Assembly: GCA_040954595.2 (NCBI GenBank)
Contig: CM082592.2
Coordinates: forward strand, 4,232,735-4,296,734
DNA length: 64,000 nt
Direction of reading: 5' to 3'
Source: Balanoglossus misakiensis
Taxonomy: Eukaryota > Animalia > Hemichordata
Below, piece by piece: positions 51,601-62,567 of this stretch; position 1 is the first letter of the stretch; each line of letters begins with the position of its first letter. The notes under the pieces are model-generated. The model ran no database searches. It saw nothing but the letters and a program-made list of their open reading frames with translations, and was not told the DNA's origin. Both the position numbers and the translations under genes were made by a program.

Positions 51601-54600
51601 TCACCTATACTGATGTGATAGTACAAGAGGGTGCTGATATTGATATCAACACTGGGGTGTTCACTTGTCAAGTTCCTGGCATTTATTTTTTCTCTTTCTC
51701 GTTCCGTTCATATAGTGATAAAAATATGTACATACAATTCAAACAGAATGATGAATATAAGTTTGCACTTAAACGGACAAATGATTCAGGATTTGATGTT
51801 CAGTCACAGAGTGGCATGTTACACCTGAACCAAGGTGATCAAGTCAAATTAGTGATGCACCCTAGTGACACTTACCGTACTCACCATTGTAGTGCAGACC
51901 ATTGCAACACATTCAATGGGTACCTAGTCTACCCCGACTAAACAATCACAATAAAGTAACAGTCAGTACCCAATTCGGTCATTGCAACCATCCATTTTGT
52001 GGAAGCTTCAGGTCTGACTGGCAAATGACATGTTTCATTTCATTGCAACATCCTTCACAACAATACTCTTTAATTGGAGAAATGATTGAATTAAAAATAA
52101 ATGAATTACATGATTCATTGGGCTACAAAATATCCTTTTATAGACATTTTCAAAATAAAATACATTCATTTGCCGGCTGATAATTAAACCTAGATTCAAC
52201 TTTTTTTATTATGTATATTTTATTTTAGGAACATGAGTATTTTTCAGAGAATTGATATAAACCAGTAATTTTTATAGCTGGAACTATTCGTGTCGAGAAC
52301 TTTCAAAAATATTGTATTCACTTGATATTGAAACACTAATTGAAACAGATTGGAAATAAAGCTTTAGCTAAAGATTTTTGTGGTTTGGAATATTTCGCAT
52401 CTCAAGAAATAGACCACCTATTTTTTATGGTTTCCACGAATACATCCTGCTCTGAATATTTACGTAGAGCTGTATTTAGCTTTTTTTATGGCAATAGAGC
52501 CTTTTCCTTATGTGCTTTACCATCTCAGATAAGGCTAGCTAATTTTTATAGAAATTTCAGAAGTCAGTTAAAAGATTATGTTTTTAGATCATTTTAATTC
52601 TAGACATTTTTAAAAATTATTTTGTCTCTGTGAGTTTTTAGGTGTTTATTGAAATTTTTAACTAATTTTTACCTTTTCCATTTTTAGTGTTGTGTAAAGT
52701 GCATTGAGATTTTTTTAAATGCAATGCCTCTATAAGAAATAAATATTATTATTATTATTTAGTAAAACAATCACAAGAAAGTTTCAGTTGGTACCCAGTT
52801 CAGTCACAGCAACCATAGACCCTGGAGAAAGATGACAAACGACTGCGGCAAAGATCAAAGGCAATCGACTACTTCCCGTGCATAAACTCTGCTGAGATTC
52901 TGCTAGATAATTCCTTTGTTTTCACGCATTATGTCCATACGCTCACCTTTCAATCAACTATTAATTTGTAAAAAATGCACGCAACATCCTTATAACTAAA
53001 GAGTTTTAAAAAAATTGAGTTTAAAAAAAATTGAGTTTGGTTGAAACATTATATTTATAATACACTGTACATTACAGAACACAAAGTTCAAAATAATATA
53101 CAAAGTTCACATTCTTTCAAAGATTGCCCCCTTTGCAGTCACCAGCAGTTGTTGGCCATATATGGTGCTAAATGTAACAGTTTCGGTTTAATTTAACTCG
53201 CTAAAGATTGAAGGTAGGAATTATTTATCAGAAACTGATGAACATACTATAGTAGAAGGATTCTGAATATATTGTATATGCCCTTAGGATTAGAAACTTT
53301 CAAAAGTTTGAAAAGTTGACTATTTTGCAAAGTTCAATTGTGTAAGATATAAAAAAGATAAAAACTGTATAACACCCTCTAAAAAATCTCCCCACAAAAT
53401 AATGGACTCTCAGATATTCAAATAACCTGATATATCAAAACAACTGCTCCAGTTTCTTAAACATTCACCAAGAAACAACTACTGCAAAGAAGACTTGGCA
53501 AAGTGCTGAAAGGAGTTTGAAATATCTACATCTGTCAGGTTTGAAGACAAACAAGGAACGAAGCAAGCAAGGTAGAGTTATAAATTCATTTAATTGTGAT
53601 CTTAAATATAACAGTCTGACAATTATTTCCTTTTTGACTGTGATAGTAAATTAAGCTTGCTGCTGAAAAAAATATTTTCCTTGATTGGGTCTAAGCATGA
53701 TTTTATAATACTTTTTCAGTGGTCGCTGATTTTGAATAAAGTATTTTATTTATTCATTAAACATAACATTTATACCAGGTTTCAGAATGTTGGGCAATTA
53801 TTCCATGGTTTCTGAAAAGTGAAAGTAATTTCGATGAAAGCAATGTTCTGCAACAGGGACGAGACTGTTGTGGTCAATATAGCATTGTTAGCATACATTT
53901 CATACAGCCAGTTTTATGAGTGCTGACCTTGAAACAACATCATGAAACCGCTAACTGTATTCATCAAACTAAAAAAAGTTCATAATGTTTCTGTTGCTCA
54001 AATTAATCCTAAACTCTGGTCTAACAAGATTTTTCATTGAATTTCCAGCATGAATTATTGGGTGATTATCAGTATGCTGCTTGGATTTGTCCAAACAAAC
54101 ACTGCACAAGTGACTGATGGCGACCAATGTCTGAGTATTTGCCCAGACTCATGGCCTGATATGAGAACTGGTCAAACGGGAATGCCAGGCCAACCAGGTC
54201 CAATTGGAAGACAAGGTAATACTGCCCTCTATTGGGGAATATTGGTTTCTTTGTCAATTTCTTTGTGTATTTTTTATTTTATTTTATCCATTATCATTTG
54301 AGTGGCACTGACCAACGACTGGTGGAATTTTCTACTTTTTTTGTAGGTCAGCCTGGTGTGATAGGTCCTGTAGGGAGTCCAGGGGTCAAAGGTGAACCAG
54401 GGGAGAAGGGAGAGAAGGGAAACATGGCCGCCAAAGGAGAAACAGGTAGTTGTCAGCAGTGATAAATAATTGCTGTAAGAAATTACTTCAACAGATTTTA
54501 AAGCCCCAGTATTTCTCGTAGGGGCAAAATTTTGTTTGAAACGGCATCTATAATTTCTAAAAGTAGATGATAATTGATTCTGAATCGAACAGTCATCATC

Positions 54601-57600
54601 CCCAGCTCTGCTCATAAACTCATACAATTTACAATATAACGAGTGAAGAATGACTTTCTGTCCGGACAGAAAGTCACGTGAGTCAGGTTCCTGTTGACAC
54701 ACGTGACTAGTGCGCATGCGCACTCCAATGTGAATCTATGCGGAAGAGGTTTGGTCGCCCCAAATCAAGCGACTCAGCGAAGAAATGCGCACTAATTCGG
54801 CGAAATTTTGGGAAGATAACTTTATGGGAGAAATCAGTCGATGGAACCAGATCAAATCCGAAAATGGTCTGACCATCAAATGTCAAAGTGGCACGTTTGC
54901 TGATCGACATGTGCAACATGTCCGTTGTAAACAAACCCGCGCATCATTTCAAGTGTTACGGGCAATATTTACAGCTTGCACGTAGCTACAGTTGCCCAAA
55001 CCTTTCTTCTGTCTTCATTATGTAGTATTCCATGATGAATGTACTGGAAAAACGGGCATTTTTCGATGATGAAAAATGGATACACACGAGAAATACTGGG
55101 ACTTTAATATTTTTGAGGATTTTTTTGAAATCCCAACATATATGTGCATGCTCTGTATAATCTGAGCTGCAATTGCTTTGTCTTTCACACTTGAAGGTGA
55201 ACCTGGTGTCAAAGGTCAAACTGGTTTTCCTGGAAAGATTGGTCCACAGGGTCCAAAAGGTGAGAGTGGCCAGAATGGAACTGATGGTGTCAAAGGTGAA
55301 ACTGGAGATGCTGGGGTCAAAGGTCAGAAGGGTGAAGTGGGTGAGGTACAACAAGCCAAGGTGGCATTCTCTGTTGGAAGGACATCTGACGTGATCGGGA
55401 CCACGTCAGAGCAAACTATCACCTATACTCAAGCGATAGTACAAGAGGGCGCCGATATTGATATCAACACTGGTGTGTTCACTTGCCAAGTTCCTGGCAT
55501 TTATTATTTCTCTTTCTCGTTCCGTTCATACGATCGTAAATACCTGTACATACGACTCAAACAGAATGATGAATACAAGTTTGTAATTTATCGGTCAAAT
55601 GCTTCAGGATATGATGTTCACTCCCAGAGTGGCATGTTACACCTGAACCAAGGTGATCAAGTCAAATTAGTGATGTACCAAGGTGGCAGTTACCGTACTC
55701 ACCATTGTGGTTCAGACCTTTGCAACATATTCAATGGGTACCTAATCTACCCTGACTAAACAATCACAGTAAAGTAACAGTCAGTACCCAGTTCAGTCAT
55801 TGCAACCATCCACTTTGTGGACGCTTCAGGTCTGACTGGCAAAATACACTTTTTTCATCTCATGCACGACGGCATCTGACCACAGTGCCTTCACACAGTG
55901 TGGAGAAACTGTGATCTGACAAAATAGTTTTTGTTTTTTTTCACTTTAAGAATTATTGTTGTTAATTAAAACTAGACGGATTTAATAAGAAATAACAAAC
56001 CTCTGAATTCTTCAGCTCAAACAGTTCCCCCAATTCCCACTCCTCTTTCGGGAACACTCTGTTGATCTTCGTTGCTGAGGTGGCCACCTGGTGGTAGTAG
56101 TGCAACTGTAGCGTTTTCAGTTCCCAGAGAGAGCTGTCCATGGCGCCACACTTCAGCGGATCTGCTTCGGCGATGTCGTACGGGTCATCCGTCACATCTG
56201 ACAATGGAGAGAAATCTGAGATTTACCTCGGGGGATGTAGAGATCTGTATTTTCATTTGATCCAAAAAAATGGTTTTTTCCTCATTGTACTGAAAAAATT
56301 GACAGTTATCAAAAGCATTCTCCTGGTTTTATAAGCTCATTCTGATTTAAATCAAAATACACAGAAAAGCTTGATGCAAGCAAATGTAGTGAGGCTGAGC
56401 AAAATGGCATTATAGACTAGTTTGAGCTCATTGCTTTGATGTCCTGAAAGAAATACTGCAAACCGCGAAATTTTCACAAACGATATATTTTCTTGTACGT
56501 TTCTTGAGAGCCAGAAAAATGCAAAAGGTGAATTTTGACGGTGCGTTTCATGTACGCAAAGGCCAGGCAGTTAGTGAAATAGGAGAGCGCGAAAATTAAT
56601 AGTTACAAAATAGTCCCATTTATTGATATTGCAAAATTTCTTATCGCGGAAAATTTCACAGCTCACAGAATATGTTCATGAGAGAAAAGTCCCCCCTCTG
56701 CTGGTAATCACCACCACTAGAGGGCGCACTGCTTTATAATTCTCACCTGTGGGGCCCTCGGGTCTGTTGATGAGCACAGCAATGTTCGGGTGACGCTTTA
56801 TCAGGTTACAGACCAAGGGTATCACCAACAGAATACCCGCAGGAGGGGCTGTCAGCGCCAGCCGACTCAACTTCTTCACAAATCCCGCCACCAGGTAGGA
56901 GGGAATGTGTCTGCGGACAAAATGAATGCACAATACACATCGGTCATTATTGTAATTGCGCCTTGTAGCGTGAATTCTCCCACAGCCTCTTGAGAATGGA
57001 GGCAGTGTTAGATTATAAGGTACAGTCGTTCAATTCACCCTGTAAGAACGACTGTACGCAGTGTGCCCTTTTAGTCGGCGACACCAAAGAAATAAAGCCT
57101 CACCACTAAGTGATAATATTCTACTAATATATGCAAACTTCTCCAATGTTTACTTGTGTAGAAACAGTACACAGTCGCATGTCTACTGTAAAACAGGTTA
57201 TTTTCACGACAAGAAGATATCAAGATTTCAAAAGTGGCAACTGTTACGCGAGGATTAATTTCACGTTTTCGTATTTCACTAACTGCATCGGTATCTCCAA
57301 AAAACATTTTATGAGACTTTTTATTTTCAAGTTTTTTTTGCCCTCGTCTATTTAGTGAAAATATATTGCTCTAAAATAAATACAGTAATTTAGTGCAATG
57401 TGATTTGTTCCAACTACAAATAGTTGGAGCTGCTGTTTATGTGGTTTCAACAAGAACGGAAAATGGAATTTCTGTGAAATGGCCGTTATAAAATAAAATA
57501 AATACTCACGTTGACATGAGAAAGAGATCAACCAGGTAAAAAAATCTTGCTTTGAATTTGACGTGAAATATGGATGGCTCTAATAACGCATATAACTTCT

Positions 57601-60600
57601 TGTAAAAATCAGGATATTCCCTGAAAAAAAAGAATAAAAAATTTATCAAAAGAATATTTCCTGTACAACAATCTTCAGCTGCTATTGTTTTTCAACTTAG
57701 GCTATTAAAGACGTGTTGATAAAAATGAGAGTGGTGTAGTAATCAATGTTTTAACAAAACATATGGTTGCATTACTGTGAAAAGAATTGATGTAATTGAA
57801 ATGGATACTTACAAATTGTATTTGTGTATGAGGACGAACAAGCCGTTCAGAGCCAGCAGGCTGACAGCGCCCCCTGGAGGTATGAAAAATAGAATCACAT
57901 GATCATCTGATCACAATTGGTGCATACGAGTGTGATACGTACATGTACAATATTACGTCAGATCTTATGAATGATGAGCAAACTCCAATGCAAACACAAT
58001 GCTACACTACAAGTGTCTAATCGTGGATGGAGTTCAACCTGAATTGTGCCTTTCAGGCTTGAGAGGGACACTTACGTCTCTAGAGTACACAGAGAGGTCC
58101 TCAATATCCCAAATTCTCTATCTTTTAAAATTCCATACAAAATAGGGAGTCATGAGTGATCACTATATAGTTTTTGCTACCCCAATCAGGACATCGAACG
58201 TTCTACCACAACACTTACCCATGTTGTAGGAGGCGGTCAGAAAGTCAATCAATAAAAGTGGGCTTTTCATGTGAGGTATGACGTGATCGTGTGCGAGCAA
58301 CAACACTTTCTTGTAAACGCCGCTCGGAAGGGGAAGCTGCAGAAACGACAGCCAGGCATTGTCAAATACTCTTTGCAGATTCTGCATAAGAGAATTAGAG
58401 AGAATAATTAGTTTCTATGTATGGCATTGCCTCTCTTGGAAAAGTTTAAACAGCTGAAAAAAAAATGCATTTTGGATTTCTGGACCACACTTGGGGAAGT
58501 CGACTTAGGGTCAAGTGACAGAGCTGTGATGAGACAACTTTATTGAGTATATTCTCAACCTTCCATATATAGCTTTACTCTGAAGGATTTGGTCTCAAAA
58601 ACAGCTATCACAACAACAAAACATTACAAGTCTGGCATTACAACACACATTAATTTCTGTTGCAAATGAAGGCAGCAAGAAATCATTATGGATGACACAG
58701 CCTCCACTGGTATTAAATTGAGAATAATGGCATTGAAACCAACATGGTGTTAAACGAAGGACTGGGACATATATATGTATCTAAAGTCAAGTGTTTATAG
58801 TCTTGTTCCCTTCCCTGCCCTGCACTGTGCTAATGAATAGGGTCCAGTATACTGTGCCTATATTGCCTATATTTTGCTGATATTGCAATAATTTCAAAAT
58901 GGCTGTCGTCTGACATCATGGATTATTCAAATGACACTTGCCTTATATTGGGAAGCGAGAGGGAGAGGTGAATCTTCTTCCTCGTTGGACACCGCTGTCA
59001 AGAAATTGGTCAATTCTGCCTCTGGATCACTTGGCATTGTTCGGGATATCTGCTCCAGCAGGGTGTATAAATTTAAAACAGCCGTACCACTCTCCTGCAT
59101 CAGGCAAAATGAACGGAAAAAATTGTTACATGAAATATAAGCGAGAATCACTGACATGCTTGTACTGAACACACTGCAAATTTCTCCAGAATAACATCAC
59201 ATGCACAGAGTGCGGCCAATGGATTGACTGTTCATAACTGCATTTTGAATTAAGTTTAATGGCCTTGTGATATTTTTACAGTCAGTGTCGGTGAAACTCG
59301 TCTATTGTAACCAACGGATCTCAGCTTGACATTCTGAAGAGTTCTTGCTTTCTCAGCCACACGACTGTATCCCTTTACAGAAACATCAAGAAGCAAATAA
59401 ATTTGCCTCTTGCAAAACTCCAACTCGTCAAGAGAAAATGCTGGGAATCACGGAACTCTTCCGGAAGAACAACACTCACCTCAGTTTTTAAAGTTTTCTT
59501 GAAATGGGCAGCTTTCACGCTAATTCTATCCAATAAATAATACCTCACATCGTCATACTCGATATACTCTTGAAACCGCCCGAGGAGTTTCCGCCGGTCA
59601 ATGTTCCTTGAAAGAAGACTGTCTGTGATTTGCTACAAATCAAAACAACACCATAAATATTGATGAATACCACAACTGAGTAACTTATCGCTATCAACAG
59701 CAAAAGACATGTTGGTACATTTATCTCATGCATTTTACACACTAGACATCCTTCAGGACAGCACAAACTGACTCGAGATATTTCATCACATTCTCAAATA
59801 GACCAAAAGACATGCTTGCTTGGGCACACTTTCAACATCCTTACGGCTATAATCGCTAGGATAAGAAGAATCAGCGTTTCAAAGCAATGTACAAATTTTC
59901 AATCCAATGGAGTAAAGACAAACTTACGATGAACAAGTTCCCGGGGAAATGGCAACCACTTTTAGTTCTTTTAACCGGATGCTTGGACTCTAGGACCAAA
60001 AACTTCATCAATGTACACAGAGCCAACTCCTGTCAAACACAGAAATTACAAGATGATTATATCTCTTATAGAACAGAACAGAACAAGATTTATTTTCCAA
60101 CTCAGTGAAATCTGTCTAGTATAAAGGACACTCTGGGAACAGGAAACATGTCCTTAATAGACAGGTAATGGTCTATTCAAACCGTTACTTAATAGACAGT
60201 TTCTGATTAGAGAGGTGTCCGCAATGACATGCTTCACTGTAGCTAACGCTAGTCCGGTAAGGTTGACATTAATGACAAAGTAAGCTAACTGCCTCCTACA
60301 GCAGAACAATTCCTACCACTGGCCGGAGTCCAGTGAAGTATTATAGTAGCTGATCTGTGCAAATATGCAAATTAAAATGATTACTAACAAGCATAAGGCA
60401 CTTTTTGTTCAAAGGCTAGTGTCTTGTGAAAAAAAACACTCACTAGACAAGATATTCAATGGCAGCCAATCAATTACATGTATGTTGTGCAGTATAAGAT
60501 ACCAGACTGTCAAACTCTAAATTATCAATGGAGGAAATAAAATATACAGTGCAACTGGTCATTAAGGACACCGCTATTCACAACATATTTTCATGACAAA

Positions 60601-61374
60601 AGTTACCATTTAAATGAGACACCCAAGAGTCCTTTGTACTTTGCAGCCTGAAATCTCGGATGACCAAGGCAGACTTTGAACGTTTCAAATATTACACGTG
60701 CACTAGTGACACAGTTCATTAATTTGGGCAGTACTACTGGACTGTTTCTTACCTGTACATTTGGTGATGATGACTGCATAGCCTTCACCAGGCCTCTGAC
60801 GCCATCCCTGTATCTTTCATACAACCACTGTTTATATTTCTGAGAGGCTGTCATTTTCTTCGTGTCTGTGCCCCTTCCACAGATCACCTGATCTTTTGTC
60901 AGTAAGCTGGTAAATATCCTGTATATTGCTTTGGTTGCAGCCATGACAACGCTAGTTTCTTCGTTCTGCAAGAGACAAGACTTGGAGGTCGTTTCCTGGT
61001 CTGGGATCCAATTGGGAAGGTCCAAAATGATTTCAGAGAGGCTAGGTTTAGTTCTGGGTTAGGGCCAGGGTAAGCATTAATCAAAATCACACCGTCCTGT
61101 CCTCAAAAAGATGTTGGGATCACGCGACTGTGGTTGGGATGTAACTTGTAAAGTTGTATGCTGGTGTTTACCCCCCCCCCCCCCCCCGACAGACTGGAGA
61201 ACTGTTATCGCTTGTGTGTGGCCATAACTCGTACGTATTCGTGTCAGAAAATATAAACCTTACCTCAATGTATTCTAGGATGTCAATAACATTGTTTGCA
61301 TGTTCTTTACTTTCGAGAAATTGTTTCGTTTTCTCTTTGATATCAGCGACCATGCCTTCCTTGGGCCGCGCCAT
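37441..61374 (-). CDS. NOC4L: Nucleolar complex protein 4 homolog, 513 aa, 11 exons
   Basis: Exons 61374-61264, 60965-60753, 60029-59928, 59632-59480, 59094-58942 (GC donor), 58381-58219, 57873-57813, 57620-57510, 56910-56747, 56197-56001, 37554-37441; 1542 nt, in frame. CBF/Mak21-domain motifs DFLTASYNMGGAVSLLALNGLF, LEYPDFYKKLY, STHIPSYLVAGFVKKLSRLAL, AMDSSLWEL. Confidence 0.93.
37961..38277. mobile_element. H1 hairpin element, copy 2
   Basis: Near-identical to 28094-28419; apex tatacgcacGAgcgatagcGAgtgcgtata. Confidence 0.8.
39310..40397 (+). CDS. Secreted collagen-C1q domain protein (C1qDC/CTRP-like), copy 1, 272 aa
   Basis: Exons 39310-39475, 39600-39689, 39835-40397 (phase 1 introns). 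Signal peptide MNYWLIISMLLGFVQTNTA, CxxxC, Gly-X-Y repeats, C1q motifs VAFSV, TGVFTCQVPGIYYFSF, LHLNQGDQV, NTFNGYLIYPD. Confidence 0.92.
40700..41209 (+). mobile_element. 3' end of an L2/CR1-clade LINE (duplicated at ~52250-52759)
   Basis: Degenerate ORF2 C-terminus YGNRAFS...LPSQIR...FRSQLKDYVF, then a tgtaaagtgcattgag...tataa tail and (ATT)n. Left boundary approximate. Confidence 0.65.
42427..51941 (+). CDS. Secreted collagen-C1q domain protein, copy 2, 276 aa (intron 1 expanded to 8.5 kb)
   Basis: Exons 42427-42592, 51131-51229, 51376-51941; splice sites and reading frame intact. Confidence 0.85.
45690..46830 (+). other. Captured exons of a type II membrane protein with a Thr/Pro mucin-like stalk
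   Basis: AG/GT-bounded exons 45690-45798 (TRETHEIQGRKRRVAIVLLVIGALASLALLNGLMCK), 46086-46130, 46518-46607, 46711-46830 join in frame without stops. The last two are paralogous and share the donor gtaagatatgct. Confidence 0.65.
47181..47303. repeat. (TATG)n microsatellite
   Basis: About 30 tandem units directly visible. Confidence 0.95.
47304..48432 (+). mobile_element. 5' fragment of an LTR retrotransposon (probably Gypsy): LTR 47304-47845, PBS 47847-47856, truncated gag-like ORF 47980-48432
   Basis: tgtgac...gttaca termini with internal AATAAA at 47658; TGGTGGCAGC follows, complementary to the tRNA-Leu(AAG/UAG) 3' end. The 150-aa acidic ORF ends at the HINE 5' end at 48434. Confidence 0.65.
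52250..52759 (+). mobile_element. L2/CR1-clade LINE 3' end, duplicated copy
   Basis: Near-identical to 40700-41209. Confidence 0.65.
54050..55759 (+). CDS. Secreted collagen-C1q domain protein, copy 3, 275 aa
   Basis: Exons 54050-54215, 54347-54445, 55197-55759; intact. Confidence 0.92.
54502..55103. mobile_element. Kolobok-like non-autonomous element (602 bp) in intron 2 of C1q copy 3
   Basis: TTAA TSD (54498-54501, 55104-55107); TIR agccccagtatttctcgt / acgagaaatactgggact matches at 17/18. Empty site gattttaatatttt is present in copies 1 and 2. Confidence 0.9.
57186..57385. mobile_element. T1 MITE
   Basis: TA-ctgtaaaacaggttattttc...; internal sequence shared with the 26157 and 29920 copies. 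Confidence 0.75.
60103..60239. mobile_element. Degenerate Tigger/pogo-like MITE
   Basis: cagtgaaatctgtc ... gacatgcttcactg-TA with internal taaaggacac / gtgtcc and taatagacag repeats. Confidence 0.45.
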
Positions 61375-61766
61375 CTTGATTTATGGACCTTATTTTCAAA
61401 CTGTGTGTTCGTAAATTTATCGGGGATCAAATCTGAGATTCTGTACGGCTTTTAATAAATTAAAAATAAGGTCATTGCGTAAATCAGTCAAAACTTCAAG
61501 ACCAATCGATAATTACCAAAAATATCGAATACGGAACATCTAAATGTTTTATTATTTGTATAGAAATATGTACTGCAGTTATCTAGGTACTTTCATTGTC
61601 ATGGAATGAAGAGAGGTCTGTAGTTCAATGTAATTTCAGTGCAGTCGTGTGTACGTGGACAAATTATTGGGAGAATTTGGCCCACCTTTGCTGTAATTTG
61701 TTTAAATAACGCCTACTGAGCCGTTTGACCAATTGTTTATTTTGAAATAAGCGTACACGCCAGGAA
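61375..61766. promoter_or_regulatory. Candidate bidirectional promoter of NOC4L and TRAPPC11
   Basis: Only 392 bp separate the divergent start codons. Confidence 0.6.
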
Positions 61767-62452
61767 ATGTCCGGACAAGACTCGCTTCCCAGCGTTGGGG
61801 AGTTGCCCCCAGAACTGGCCTGTCGACCGACGGGATTTGTTGTTTTGACTGGCCTGGATATTATGTTCAATGCAGTGCACAAGGCAATATGGGACTCGTT
61901 CAGCGCCAGCAGACGCCCCGACCGCGTGCCACTTTCTTTCAGAGTGCTGCCTGGAGACCACGAATACCCTAAATGCAGATCCAAAGTAGGTGACACTGAA
62001 GTTTATTTTAATATTAAATATGCAGTATTATATTTTCATCAATATCTGTGACATCATCAGATACAGTGTACATGGGTTATGTGTAACATGTACATACTTT
62101 GGAAAGGACTTGACAGGTTTCACCTTTTCAGCTTTTAATGTTTAAGTCTACACGCAAAAAGAGTTGCCTGAACAACTTGAGTGAACTTCACCAATAGACT
62201 TCCAATATTTTGATTGCAGCAGAGGAGTTCCTATGAGTGGTACATACCAAAGGGAATTCTCAAGACAGGTTGGATGAATAAGCATTTGAATTTAGTGCCA
62301 GCACTGGTGGTCATCTTCTTTGATCTTGACTGGGACGAAGCGCTGTGGAAGGAGAAACAGATGGAGTGTGCATCCAGAGTTGAGGTGGTCAGGTAAGATG
62401 TGCTTGATTAAGGTGATTACGTTGATGTTGTTGTTGTTGGTGGTGGTGGTGG

Positions 62453-62505
<53 letters not shown>

Positions 62506-62518
62506 TTGGTGGTGGTGG

Positions 62519-62567
<49 letters not shown>

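Larger units (their letters stand above)
38311..55841 (+). repeat. Tandem segmental triplication, ~3.1-3.2-kb unit (starts near 38311, 41496, 53046)
   Basis: Unit start ...tataatac(g/a)ctgta.atta.agaacacaaagttcaaaataatatac occurs three times; 40398-41500 and 51942-53050 are almost identical. Confidence 0.9.

Noticed and set aside
55826-55915. Nearby alternative NOC4L last exon (ITVSPHCVKALWSD...)
   Set aside because: No resemblance to the NOC4L C-terminus, whereas 37554-37441 matches; a minor isoform is not excluded.
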